Shown piece after piece: positions 1 to 13,357 of a stretch of 64,000 bases of DNA; position 1 is the stretch's first letter; every line of letters starts with the position of its first letter. The position numbers and the translations under genes were made by a program. The notes under the pieces were generated by a model. That model was not told where the DNA came from and did not search any database. It worked only from the letters and a program-made list of their open reading frames with translations. Origin of the DNA: Octopus sinensis (taxonomy: Eukaryota); assembly GCF_006345805.1 (NCBI RefSeq), contig NC_043000.1:133920001-133984000 (forward strand), in the 5' to 3' direction.

Positions 1-160
1 CCTTTTAATCCAATCTCTTGTCGCCATATAAACTCAATTTTTTAATGGTGATTTTTTTAATGGGGTTGAGAGAACCAAAAAGTACTAAACCACTTACCGG
101 AGTTTCAGCTCAATTCAAATTACAGTTAACAATATAAAAATATATAACTATAACCACATA

Positions 161-380
161 ATAATCCTTTGTACTGAAGGTATAAGGCCACAAATTTGTG
201 AGATGGGAACTACTCGATTACATCGACCCCAGTGCGCAACAAGTACTTAATTTATCGACTCCGAAAGGAGGAAAGGCAAAGTCGACCTCGGCGGAATTTG
301 AACTCAGAACGTAGCGATGGACGAAATACCGCTAAACATTTCGTCCATCGTGCTAACGATTCTACCAGCTCGCCGCCTTA
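161..380 (-). mobile_element. tRNA-derived SINE, family A (Meta-type central domain), CpG-rich copy
   Basis: Reverse strand starts GGCGGCGAGCTGGTAGAATCGTTAGCA (A box), has GAGTTCAAATTCC (B box) and core TCCTTTCGGAGTCGATAAATTAAGTAC; matches copies at 41536-41765 and 57932-58170. Confidence 0.8.
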
Positions 381-1446
381 CACACGCACATAATGAAACG
401 AAATTGTTGTATACAGTGCTCAGGTGCACAACAACTAAAAAACAAAAACAAAGAAAAAAGGAAAAAGTGTAGCTTCAGGAGTACCGTCGGCGAATTTCTA
501 GAAAAAGGCGGGGTGGTCACGGCTAAAAAAACACCCTTGGTTATTGATTTATTCAAAAATGCCTGATCTGGGGATAAACCTGATCAATTACATTTGTTTT
601 TGTATTTTTCTTATTTTCTTTCTTCTTTTTGCTTTCTTTTTAAATATATTATTCTTAGGTCAGATTCGTGATCAACTCACCGTATTTTACAAAAAGCAAA
701 AATATTTGATTAAAAAAGACGTATGCAACATTTGTTTTAACCAAGATAAGAAATACTCTCGGGGGCCTTCTCGATTCAACAATTATAATATCAACACTTT
801 AGCGTTTTTCTCGTCGCAAACAATCACGTGACTAGCTTTCTGGATGCTTACTCATGAAGTCATGAAGAAATGACATCTCTAATTATCTATTTGATATTAC
901 ATATCAGCAAACTCTGTATTGTACACATCACTCGTTTGTTTTATTTTCTCATTTTGATATTTACAGAAAATCGTCACATCCCTACAAGCGTTATTGAATA
1001 ATTCAGCAAATCAGAGGAAATGGAAATACATTTTGGAATTCCCCGAAGTAGCATTCTTCAACTGCAGATATTTGTCATGTCTTTGTTGTTTAATCCCAGT
1101 TCAACGATGCTTAAGCAGATCAATGATCGAAAGTGTTCTACACATGACCATCATGTACTCTTATGAATTTCCGAAGCTACATGGTCATTGGAAATAAACA
1201 TTTTTGTGAAATGTATTGAAACTAACCCTATCTTCGCCTAAACATGGAGAAATCGCTGAGAAAAGTCATTCGAAGTATGAGAAGTGGAAGGATTGATTAA
1301 TTTATGTGGTTGTGGCTATAAGAATACTTCGTCGGTTACCAATTGTTGTTTGGAAGTTGAGAGTTCCATTGTTCCTGGAATGAGTTAACGGATAGTTTTC
1401 TGAAAGCTGCGTATAATAACTAGACAACACCAAGCAAGCATTTAAA

Positions 1447-1542
1447 AATGATCTATTACACCGCACTAGTCATAAAAAGATGTTCATGCATTATTATTTA
1501 CATATAGAACCAGCAAGATGAAAATAGCGTAATACAGCATGC
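1447..1542 (+). repeat. 96-bp direct repeat, left copy, flanking the TIR element
   Basis: Matches 2268-2363 with 3 mismatches by eye; ends exactly at the left TIR. Confidence 0.92.
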
Positions 1543-2267
1543 GGATCTTTTCACTTTAACGGGCAGATTTAAAAAATAATTTTTTGTAACTAAACACTTT
1601 TAAACTTCGTATACTGGTAGAATGTGTCACATAAAACGTCTTTTTCTCTTGGCGTTCTTGAGAAAATTATGTGGTTTGTAAGCTATTTCTTGTTTAATTT
1701 CTTGTATTTCGGCAATTTCAACCAATCAATGACGTCTATTGAGGTGAATACAATTACTGCTGTTGCTTGCCAACAAGTTCAACAACAACTTCCGGCGGTA
1801 TCTGACACTAAATGAGGGAACGGTTTTGTTATCCAGCTCTGTTTACGAGTGACCCTCAGTTTATGGCCACAAAATGTTTATATTTGCAGCTTATTTACAT
1901 TTCTGAAGAATAAAGATGCCCTTCCCCCACCCCTAACCCTAACCCCACATATATAAAAAAATAAAATTTTTATGGAAAGTGACGATCTTCTTCTTCAAAT
2001 GTAAACAAATACACGTACTGTCGGAAGTTGAACTTGTTGCAAACAACAGCAGTAATTGTATTTACCTCAATAGACGTCATTGGTTGGTTGAAATTGCCGA
2101 AATACAATAAATTAAACAAGAAATAGCTTACACACTACATAAATTTCTCAAGAACGCCAAGAGAAAAATATGTTTTATGTGACACATTCTACCAGTATAC
2201 GAAGTTTAAAAGTGTTTAGTTACAAAGAAGTTATTTTTAAAATCTGCCGGTCAAAGTGAAAAGATCC
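1543..2267. mobile_element. Non-autonomous long-TIR (foldback/MITE-like) element, superfamily unassigned
   Basis: Starts GGATCTTTTCACTTT, ends AAAGTGAAAAGATCC; imperfect TIRs of about 250 bp (1543-1800 vs 2015-2267); non-coding spacer containing CCCTAACCCTAACCC. Confidence 0.88.
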
Positions 2268-2363
2268 AATGATTTATTACACCACACTAGTCATAAAAAG
2301 ATGTTCATGCATTATTATTTACATGTAGAACCAGCAAGATGAAAATAGCGTAATACAGCATGC
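2268..2363 (+). repeat. 96-bp direct repeat, right copy
   Basis: Begins immediately after the right TIR; copy of 1447-1542. Confidence 0.92.
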
Positions 2364-2544
2364 AGAAAAACTGGCTACTCAAAGTTTACCACTGCACTGG
2401 TTTTAACATAATGAATGTATGCGTGCAAGCATGCATGCGTGGTGTCATGTCTGCCTTATGATCACATATGAGTTGAGCAAATAACCATTAGAATGACTGA
2501 AAAGGAGTGTGTATTGGTAACGCATTCAAGAGCACACTGAAGTT

Positions 2545-2740
2545 TTACAAGATGGAGACAACGTTCCGATCCGACGCCTCTAACACTCAGCGAAATGGCG
2601 CCGAAAATGGAACCTTTTAGAACGATCTGAAGAAGCAACAGTTGTCTGGCCAATAGCTCGGCTGCACACTTGATCAATCTGTTGATATATCATGACATGA
2701 AATATGTAATATGGACAACGCAAGTTAGCGTCTCGGTACA
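2545..2740. promoter_or_regulatory. Putative CpG-rich promoter-like region
   Basis: Unique CpG-rich stretch with YY1-like AAATGGCGCC (about 2593) and GGCCAATAG CCAAT box (about 2648); no transcript evidence. Confidence 0.3.
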
Positions 2741-2743
2741 TAT

Positions 2744-2776
<33 letters not shown>

Positions 2777-2870
2777 TGCGTGTGTGTGTGTGTAAAAAGG
2801 TTGAATTAGATTCGTCCTTTATAATAAAAAAACGTGAAAACCAGATTACGTTTTAACTTTATTCAACTGA

Positions 2871-3068
2871 TATCATCATCATCATCATCATCATCATCGT
2901 TTAACGTCCATTTTCCATTCTAGCATGGGTTGGACGGTTCGACCACGGTCTGGGAAGCCAAGAGGCTGTACCAGGCTCCAGTCTGATATGACAGTGTTTC
3001 TACAGCTGGATACCCTTCCTAACGCCAACCACTCCATGAGTGTAGTGGATTCTTTTTACATGCCACCG
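2871..3068 (-). mobile_element. RTE LINE 3' end fragment
   Basis: (CAT)n followed by CGTTTAACGTCC...CTAGCATGGGTTGGACGG, reverse complement of the 3' end at 46020-46208. Confidence 0.85.
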
Positions 3069-3408
3069 AAATATATATATATATATATTTATATTCATAT
3101 ATATATCAGTTTAATAAAGTTAAAACATGGTCTGGTTTTCACGTTTTTTATTATGGTGTTTTAACATTAAAAAATATATATATTTTGTAATGCTCATAAA
3201 GTTAAATTAGCACTTTCATACTTAGAGTGATCATCAGATTCCAAATACCTAACCAAACACCACAACCAAAATACAAAGCTCACTAGAGAAAAGATGTTAG
3301 CAATAGAAGAAATAATAAACAAAAAAGAATCTATTTTTTAGGGTCAGGACAGCAAACACCAGAGAAAGAAAAAATCCCAGAAGAAACAATTGTGAAACAA
3401 CTGATAGA

Positions 3409-3580
3409 ATAGATCTTAAAATTATTAAAAAGTCAAAAAGAAATATAGGCAGTGACGAACTTCAGTTATTGATTAAAGGACTAATATCCACACCTACATC
3501 TACAGTCGACCATAAGGAATTGGGGGAAGATATCCAAAACTTTTGTCAGAAACTACAGCTTGTGGAGTTTTTTTTACTGA
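3409..3580 (+). pseudogene. Penelope-like retroelement N-terminal fragment
   Basis: Translates IDLKIIKKSKRNIGSDELQLLIKGLISTPTSTVDHKELGEDIQNFCQKLQLVEFF, resembling the NLS..L...E..LL.KGL.F.PTP...F.R.LRL.E.F motif preceding Penelope RT. Confidence 0.6.
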
Positions 3581-3733
3581 TAAAAATAATGGGAATGACA
3601 AATCCCTGGAGAAAAATAAATCAAAATCAAATATTTTTTTTTTAATTTTAAAATACCATAATAAAAGACATGAGAACCAGACCATATTTTAACTTTATGC
3701 AACTGATAAATTATTCTATACACATTTACATTA

Positions 3734-4272
<539 letters not shown>

Positions 4273-4369
4273 ATCACTCCAACATTATTTCCTTGGATGC
4301 AACCATCCCATCACAAGGTTAACATATCCTCTAATTAAATATATATATATACATATATATGTGTGTGTG

Positions 4370-4668
4370 AAAAAACATTCTAGCAAGGTCGTTGCCAGTG
4401 CTGCTGGACTGGCTCCTATGCAGGTGGCACATAAAAAGCACCATTTGAGTGTGGCCGTTGCCAGTACCACCGGACTGGCCCTCATGCCGGTGGCACGTAA
4501 AAGCACTCACTACACTCTCAGAGTGGTTGGCGTTAGGAAGGGCATCAAGCTGTAGAAACTCTGTCAGATCAGATTGGAGTCTGGTGCAGCTATCTGGTTC
4601 ACCAGACCTCAGTCAAATCGTCCAACCCATGCTAGCATGGAAAGCGGATGTTAAACGATGATGATGAT
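4370..4668 (+). mobile_element. RTE LINE 3' UTR fragment
   Basis: GGTGGCAC(A/G)TAAAA subrepeats, then AACCCATGCTAGCATGGAAAGCGG and (GAT)n tail. Confidence 0.85.
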
Positions 4669-5273
4669 ATATATATATATCCATCACTAGCAACAATGTC
4701 TCAGTATTATTGTAGGTGAGTAACACAAATTTAAAAGAGAAAAACTCAAGATTAACATCTTGAAAATTGGATGACTATGAAGACAAGGAAAGAGCTGTCT
4801 AGCATTAATTCTGTAACTTGGAATATGTTCCAGGAATAAAGAGTAAATATCAAGAAAATATTCCAAATCATCTGAAACAAAATATGATTTCTTCCCATAA
4901 ATAGCTGAAAGGAAGTAAAAGATGATTATATGTTACCAGACCTAAATTTACACAGCCTACAATATGAAATCCAACAATTAACTTAAAGATGATGTCTCAG
5001 AATAAAATCAAAAACATGCATTTTTTTTTTCTTTTTTCGAGGTAATAAATGAGATCCTTAAACAGGTGCACAAATTCCGCAGGGCTCAAATGCAATGTGG
5101 TATTGAGGAAAAAATATAAATAATAAAAATGAAAACTTAATTGAGCAGTTGCCTGAATACCTAAAAAAACAAAATTAACATCTTTGAATTATCATTAAAT
5201 TCATTAAATTCATTAAATCGAGCCACTGAGGGAACAAGCATGTGTTCATTCGATCTGCTAGAAATAACAACTA

Positions 5274-5490
5274 TGAGAGGGTTCTGAAAAGTTCCTGGCT
5301 TTGGCTAGAATAAAATACAGGAGGATCAGTTAATTATGATTTTATCCAGCATATACCCCTCTCAGATTCACACACTTATTGCAGTGGTCCTTCGGTTTTT
5401 CTAAGCCCTGTAAAAGAACTTGAAAGGTTAGGCCTCCAAACAGACCTTTTGCGACACCCTTAGAGCCAGGAACTTTTTAGCACCTCCTCA
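5274..5490. mobile_element. Tc1/mariner-like MITE
   Basis: TA|TGAGAGGGTTCTGAAAAGTTCCTGGCT ... AGCCAGGAACTTTTTAGCACCTCCTCA|TA inverted ends; related copies near 60133-60330 and 61955-62155. Confidence 0.7.
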
Positions 5491-5646
5491 TATATCTCTC
5501 TTGGGATCACACTTACTCCACTATCACAAAATAAGGAAAACATGACACAAAATTAAATATTGCCAATGATAAATGTAGTTGTGATGTTAGAAGTGACTAT
5601 ACCAACTATAGAACTAAAATAGGTAAATAGGGGTTGTTGTTGAGAT

Positions 5647-5806
5647 TTACTCTTTTACTTGTTTCAGTCATTTGACTGTGGCCATGCTGGAGCACCACCT
5701 TTAATCGAACAAGTCGACCCCAGGACTTATTCTTTGTAAGCCTAGTACTTATTCTATCAGTCACTTGTGCTGAACCGCTAAGTTACAGGGACGTAAACAC
5801 ACCAGA
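5647..5806 (-). mobile_element. SINE family B (CORE-like), 3' portion
   Basis: TTTACTCTTTTACTTGTTTCAGTCATTTGACTG, reverse of the tail seen at 22200-22330. Confidence 0.8.
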
Positions 5807-7289
5807 AATTATGGTTTATGGCACACGGTGCCATGTAAGAAACACTTGTGCCAGTACCGTGCTGGTGCCACATAAAAACACCCAGTGCACTCTGTAAAAT
5901 GGTTGGTGTTAGGAAGGACACTCGGCCATAGAAATCAAGCCAGAACACACAACTGGAACCTGGTGCAGCTCTCCAGCTTGCCAGCTCAAGCTAAATCGTC
6001 CAACCCATGCCAGCATGGAAAACAGACATTAAATGATGATGATGATGATAAATAATTTTCAACTCTTTTCTATAGGATTACCTTAGTGACACATCTCAAC
6101 AAAGTTTAAACACAGTTGACAAGGATGCAGCTTAGGACAAATATCCACTTTGAAGAACTACTAAACTTCAACCTTTTACCATTTAAACCGACATTATTTG
6201 GCCCAAGTATTCAACCTCATTTATGTTTAAACTGGCCAGTTCTGACCTCTTACACCAAGCTGACATTGTTATTCTAAAAATAAACAATAACATCATCAAA
6301 ACCTCAAAGCTATGAGATAAAGCATGATTAATTCAAAACAATGTGAATAAAAAAACATTACATTCGACAAAGGAACCTGAATACTTTATGGTTAAACTCC
6401 TGATACTGAAATAATTCTTAAGATCTAATTTTTGATTATTGCTTTGCTTCATAGGTTTTTAATGATTTATTTTCACGAGCCAAACCCATTAAAATACCAT
6501 ATTTTATAGATTTTCCTATTTCTGTTTTGATGCATCATCATTTAATGTCAACTTTTCTATGCTTGCATGGGTCAAATGGAATTACCTGAGACAGATATTC
6601 TACAACCAGATGCCCTTCCGCTCACCAGCCCCTCACTTGTTTCCAACCAAGGTAATACTTCATCATGGAAGACACGAAGCAAACTTCGTTTTTGTATGAC
6701 ATGATGTTCATTTATAATCAATACATGGTGCCAAGACATGGGTACACACAAACACACATGCACCCACACATATACACACACACATACACACACCCATATC
6801 CCCCCCAACACACATATATAATGGGCTTCCTTCAATTTCCATCTACCAATTTCACTCATAAGGATATGATCAGCCTAGGACTATAGTAGAAGACACTTCC
6901 CCAAGGTGTCATGGCTGGAAAGCAAGGTTAAAAATTTACATTATGTTTTCTATTTCATTCCATAGTTAAGGTTGATTATAGTATAATATAACCCACAAAC
7001 ACCATGGCAAGCAGAATAGTATTATAGATTATTTCTGACTCTGAACATAAATTATGTTCCTATTTATAAGTGAAAATATTTGTTTCACCATTTTCTTTAC
7101 AAGTTGGGTGACCTGTTGGTGTTGTAGGGATGAAATTTCATCTCATTACAGATTTTAACTCTGTTAAAGGAATTATATATAAGGTCACTCTGTTTCCAAA
7201 TTTGACAATCTCTTCTCATATTCGCTTAGAGTATTGTTCCCTCTCCCACCTTCCACTTGATACACCAATGTACCAAAGTTAGGGATATA

Positions 7290-7375
7290 CAGTAGTCCCC
7301 CAGTATTCGTGAGGTTACATTCCTAGAGCACCTGTGAATAGTGAAAAACCACAAATATTGGATGTGGTCTATAAA
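7290..7375. mobile_element. Possible Tigger/pogo terminal fragment
   Basis: TA|CAGTAGTCCCCCAGTATTCGTGAGGTTACATTCC resembles Tigger TIRs; partner end not found. Confidence 0.35.
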
Positions 7376-8344
7376 AATAATGCCTGTAAATGTCAAAATA
7401 TAATGTAAAACATTATATATATATATATGTGTGTGTGTATAACATTTAATGATAATTTAATAAAAATTAAAGTAAAATGTACTGTTACCAATAATGAATG
7501 ACATTGATTTAAGACAAGAATGATGAAAATAATGAAGGTAATGACTGCACAGCAAAGAAAATTTAAAGCTCTTCAGGTGTTTTTCTTTTTCCTCACTCCA
7601 GTTGTATTCTGAATAATGGAAGTGATATCATATTGTACTTCGTGTTCAAAAGTAGTGAAACCTTTTAGAAATAAAGTTTTGACAATAAAGTGCTTTTGTC
7701 ACCTTGCAAGATTTAGCTCTAGAAGGAAGTATAAAATATGCTTGTGGCTGTAGAAAATTTTAAGTGATTAAAAAAGAGTAAATAATGTATGCCTCATTGC
7801 ATGTACAGAAAAGGCTGAGTGGATGAGAGTTAATGAAGTGTTTCGCTATAAAATGTTTAATGACATATGAATGCGTGATTATTACAGTGAATTTGATGTG
7901 CAATGCATGGGTAGTTTATATTAAAAGAAAATTTGCTGTGAGTTGGTAGTGAAATGTACCTATAACACCGTTAGACCAGAAAACACTTCAGAAGAAATTA
8001 TATGAAATTTGATAAAATAACAGAGGAGTGAGATGAATAGAGAGAGGAAGAAGTCATTAAAATGACGATGACAGTGATTGTGGTTGCAATTATTGAATGG
8101 TCATTATTGATTCCAGAAACAATAAATAATTCCTTTCTAGGATAGATCATTATCCATGATTTACTATATTTCACATTATTCAACAATACTGTATCGGGTT
8201 TCAGAAAGTTTTCTGGTAAGAAAATTGGAAGGTTTCGGTTGATTTTGAATATGACTATAAAAAAGTTTAAAAATTAAAAAAATAAAGACCCTTAGAATAT
8301 TGTGGATGCCACAAACAAATATTTCTATCATATTATTTTATATG

Positions 8345-8662
8345 TCGGTGGCACATAAAAAGCACCATTTGAGCGTGGTCAATGCTAGTACTGCCTAACT
8401 GGCTCCCATGCTGGTGGCACATAAAAAGCACCATTCGAGTGTGGTCAACACCAGTGCCACCTGACTGGGCCCCAAACCGGTGGCACATAAAAAGTACCCA
8501 CTACACTCTCTGAGTGGTTGGTGTTAGGAAGGGCATCCAGCTGTAGAAACCCTGCCAGATCAGATTGGAGCCTGGTGCAGCCTCCTGGCTTTCCAGTCCT
8601 CAGTTAAACTGTCCAACTCATGACAACATGGAAAGTGGATGTTAAACGATGATGATGATGAT
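8345..8662 (+). mobile_element. RTE LINE 3' UTR fragment
   Basis: Three GGTGGCACATAAAAAG subrepeats and (GAT)n tail. Confidence 0.85.
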
Positions 8663-8722
8663 ATTATCATAAAAGTTTGCCATAGGAATCAGATTCCATC
8701 AACATAGCATACAACCATAATA

Positions 8723-9259
8723 TTGGGTTGTCCGGAAAGTTCATGCCAATTTATAGTAGCTTACCTTTCGACTTGTTTTAGAACATAGTTGAGTACATAA
8801 AATAGGATTTGACTACACCTCCATTTAGAGCACAGTTTAAGCTATCTTTTCGTGAAAGAAGGTTTATGTTCCTATAACCTGTGTTAATTCTGTAACCCTT
8901 TAAAATGGAAGATAAGAAAGTTCATTTTCAGCACTTGATGCTTTAGGAACCAGACAAAAATTGCTACAGCTCAGCTGGGATGTGTTACCCCACCCTTCAT
9001 ATTCACCAGATATTGCTCCTTCGGATTTCCACTTATTCAGGTCTCTGCAGAATAGTCTTAATCATAAAAATTTCAATTCCTTAGACGATGTAAAAAGATA
9101 CCTTGATGAATTCTTTGCCATGAAACCACCTCAATTCTGGGAAGAGGGTATTTTCAAGTTAAAGGAAAGATGGAGACGCATTGTGTAACAAAATGGTTCA
9201 TATTTGGTTGACCTTTGTCTTTCTTTTAAAAATCGGCCCAATCTTTCCGGACAACCCAA
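8723..9259 (+). mobile_element. Internally deleted mariner element
   Basis: TIRs TTGGGTTGTCCGGAAAG / CTTTCCGGACAACCCAA with TA on both sides; transposase remnant MEDKKVHF joined to WDVLPHPSYSPDIAPSDFHLFRSLQNSL (YSPDLAP motif, ORF 8961-9188). Confidence 0.93.
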
Positions 9260-9603
9260 TACATATCTTTTGAATTACATTTTGGCTTGGTTTCATGCTA
9301 TTGCTCTACTCAAACAGGACACCTACACCTTCAGTTTCTTATTTACTTTTTTGGTTTATTTTGTTGGTTTCAGTCATTCAGTTGTAGTCTTGCCTTCAAG
9401 ATTATATCAATTCCTAAGTATTTATTTTAATCAACTGGTATTATTTTTACTGACCCCAGAAGGATGAACAGCAAAGTAGACATGGGGAGGACTTAACCTC
9501 CAAATGTAAAAAAAACATGTAAGCAAAGACCACAAGATATGCTGTTGTCAGTCACTCTACTGATTTTGCCATCCACCTTACATAACAACCAGTCAGTAAA
9601 ATA

Positions 9604-9950
9604 AGGGGGGTAAAGACCCCCTTCGGTCATGAATGACCATGGGATTGCACCTAGAAAGTTACCCTCCAAGACACAAGTCCGGGCAAGGTTGTTTATGGAA
9701 GACCAACAGTCGCCCATGCATACCAGCCTCCCCTCTCCACGCCACCAGTGTTATCCAAGGGAAAGACAAAGATCAATACAGCTTGGCACCAGTGACGTCG
9801 CAACTCATTTCTACAGCTGAGTGAACTGGAGCAACGTGAAATAAAGTGCCTTGCTCAAGAACACAACACGCAGCCCGGTCCGGGATTCGAACTCACAACC
9901 TCACGATCGTAAGCTCGACGCTCTAACCACTGAGCCATGCACCTTCACTG
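9604..9950 (-). mobile_element. tRNA-derived SINE family C
   Basis: Reverse strand GTGAAGGTGCATGGCTCAGTGGTTAGAGCGTCGAGC...GAGTTCGAATCCC (A and B boxes); related copies at 11838-12162 and 13590-13953. Confidence 0.8.
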
Positions 9951-10404
9951 TAAAATAATGTAGATATAATTGATAATGATCTAGAAAACAATGTCCTTGC
10001 ATAGCCACAAAGTAATATTTGAAACCAGTAAAACTTAAAAGAATAGATTTTTTTTTCAGCAATGAACAAGATTTGATTTCTTTTGCAAGTGCATTTTAAA
10101 CTGTCAGAAGCACTTTATTTTCATGCTCCACTTCTCATCTATACTCCTGTCTTTTCATACATGGTCAGTTTCCATTAAGTATAGTATCCCATGACAAAAT
10201 ACCTTCTCTTACTACCCATGAAATTATCCACATTGTTAGAAATATACTCACATATACATATATGCATATACATCATATATACACGAGTAAGTACATAAAT
10301 GCAAAGCAAGGTGAAAAAAAATAGTACTCAAATATCAAAGGTAGAGTAATATGTTTTTTTTATTATTGTGATGTTTTTACATGCAGCTTTAATAAAGTGG
10401 ATCA

Positions 10405-10455
<51 letters not shown>

Positions 10456-10516
10456 TATATATATATATATAATATATATATATATAGATAGATAGATATA
10501 GATATAGATATATATA

Positions 10517-10935
10517 TATCATCATCATCGTTTAACGTCCGCTTTCCATGCTAGCATGGGTTGGACGATTTGACTGAGGTCTGGCGAACCAGACTCCAAA
10601 CTGATCTGACAGAGTTTCTACAGCTGGATGCCCTTCCTAACACCAACCACTCCGAGAGTGTAGTGGGTGCTTTTACGTGCCACTGGCATGGGGGCCAGTT
10701 TGGTGGTACTGGCAACGGCCAGGCTCAAATGGTGCTTTTTATGTACCACCTGCACAGGAGCCAGTTCAGCGGCACTGGCAACGACCTCGCTCAAATGCTT
10801 TTTTCACATGCCCCCAGCACAAGTGCTAGTAAGGCGACACAGGTAATGATCACGCTCGAAGGGCTTTTTTAACGTGCCATCGGCACGAAGGCCAGCTTAT
10901 TGCTCTGGCCACAATCTCACTCGTATGGTACTCTT
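10517..10935 (-). mobile_element. RTE LINE 3' UTR fragment
   Basis: (CAT)n CGTTTAACGTCCGCTTTCCATGCTAGCATGGG plus subrepeats. Confidence 0.85.
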
Positions 10936-11276
10936 ATGTATGTATGCATATATACACACATACACACACACACACACATGCACGCACACACACACACACA
11001 TGCATGCACACACACACGCACATACACACACACACACACACTTACACATAGAAATTACAAAAAAAATTTAATTAATTTTTTAATGTAAGTTTCTCTACCA
11101 CGAAGAGAACTCAATTCGTTATGCCTCAATTTGTGTGCACTTCTATGAGTGTACCATTGTATGTACATGCCTTTGTTACTTCATAATGCTTGTATTTTAT
11201 TACTCAACGTATTTATATATAGGATCAATGTTGTTAGAGCTTACCAAAGAAAAGTCCGACAAGATTGGTCAATACA

Positions 11277-11478
11277 TGATGATGATGGTGGTGGTGGTGG
11301 AGGTGGTGGTGGTTGTGGTGGTGGTGGTGGTGGTGGTGGTGGTGGTGGTGTTGGTGGTGGTGGTGGTGGTGATGATGATGATGATGATGAGTGTGCTGAT
11401 GAAGATGATGATGATGATGATGATGACAGAGATGATGGCTGGAACAATAGCAACAACAATAACAACAACAACAACAGC
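11277..11478. repeat. Compound (GAT)(GGT)(GAT)(AAC) microsatellite
   Basis: Directly visible. Confidence 0.95.
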
Positions 11479-11837
11479 AAAGTTTCTGGTTTGGGAACGT
11501 CTTCAAACATGGACATTTGAACGTGAGATTGTTGTTTTGTCAGATTACCCCTGGTCAAGCAGTGATATATTACCGACCATATTTGATGGCATAAAGTATA
11601 CACAGGCATTTTTTAGACACACACCAATTTCAGGAGAGCCTATTAAGGAAAAAAAAAACAAAGCTTTTAGAGCATTAAACAGCAGTGCACCAGCATGGCC
11701 ACAGCACTCAAGCTGAAACTAGTAAAGCACACAGTAAAGCTAAGTTAACAGTAGACCCAGACTGTTTTTTAGGGGATATTTTTTATTAAAAAATGTGTTT
11801 TGTATGCCATCAAACATAGTATGCATCTACATCTGAG

Positions 11838-12162
11838 ATCCCCCTTCGGTCACGACACAGACCACGGGATTGCACCTAGAAAGTTACCCTCCCAGGCACA
11901 AGTCCAGGCAAGGTTGTTTATGGAAGGCCAGCAGTCGCCCATGCATACCAGCCTCCCCTCTCCATGCCACCAGTGTTATCCAAGGGAAAGGCAATACAGC
12001 TTGGCACCTGTGAAGTTGCAACTCATTTCTACAGCTGAGTGATGGAGCAACATGAAATAAAATATCTTGCTCAAGAATACAACATAGCCTGGTCTGGGAA
12101 TCGAGCTCATAACCTCACGATTGTAAGCTCGATGCTCTAACCACTGAGCTATGCGCCTTCAC
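11838..12162 (-). mobile_element. tRNA-derived SINE family C
   Basis: Aligns to 9604-9950. Confidence 0.8.
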
Positions 12163-13074
12163 ACATATGTATATGCACATGTATATGCAGCTACATACAC
12201 ACTCACATACATATATACAAACACACACCTACAAACAAAGACACACATGCACATATGCACAATAATGAGTTCATAAGCACTATCTATTTCATAAACGTCT
12301 ACACACACACTTATGAGTTTGTAAGTACTTTATCCATTTCATATTCACCTATACATGAACTCACACATTTACACACACATTATGTATATCATAAGCATCT
12401 ACACACACACATATATATACACATATGAACAGACAATGATGAATCCATAAATACTTGTTGTATCTACAGCCATCCATCTAAATACCCACACTCTTACTCA
12501 CACATATGAATCACTACATAGAAAAATATTAAGTGCTGGAAAAATAATGTGAGGATTATATATATTGAGAGACCAGACCAAACCAATAAAATAAATACAG
12601 AAATAAATAAAATAAATACATAAGTAATATTCATAAGCTAGCATGAAAAAGTATGAATTCATAAAGTGCCAAATTTGTAAATAGCAGGTTATAACCAGAA
12701 AGATTGTTCTGAAGTGCTGAATTTTGTAAAGAACAGGTTATTACCAGGAAGATTCCATTGTAATTTCATATAGTCTATTACATCTAATTTGATTTCCACC
12801 TACCTGGTAATTTAAACTCAGAGCAGAGAAACATTTTTGAAATATTACTGATTTAGAACTATTCAAAGAATAAAGTAAAGTAATTATAACGGAGTGGAAT
12901 AAGCTTGTAACCAAGCTAACTTATGTGCAATACTGCTAATATATATGATTCCATCTCTATAATTTTTTTTACATCATCATCAAAAGACTTCTGATTAATA
13001 TGGGAAGGAAAATTAGACTGTGTTCTTCATACCTTTCTCAAGGGCATTAATTACGAATATGTCTATTCTCATTC

Positions 13075-13283
13075 TCTTTCTCTTTTACTTGTTTCAGTCA
13101 TTTGACTACAGCCATACTGGAGCACTACCTTTAGTCAAGCAAATCGCCCCCAGGACTTATTCTTTGTAAGCCTAGTACTTATTCTATCAGTCTCTTTTGC
13201 TGAACCGCTAAGTTACAGGGACATAAACCCACCAGCATCGTTTGTCAAGCGATGCTGGGAGGACAAACACAGACACACATACA

Positions 13284-13357
<74 letters not shown>

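Noticed and set aside
9850-9950. tRNA-like sequences here and at other SINE heads
   Set aside because: A and B boxes run into SINE bodies with no complete cloverleaf, so not tRNA genes
11135-11716. 193-aa ORF with poly-V and poly-M, and overlapping poly-G, poly-H and poly-P ORFs
   Set aside because: Stop-free trinucleotide microsatellite; no domain or splice support
12664-12760. Two diverged copies of a roughly 49-bp unit
   Set aside because: Short old tandem duplication with no further structure
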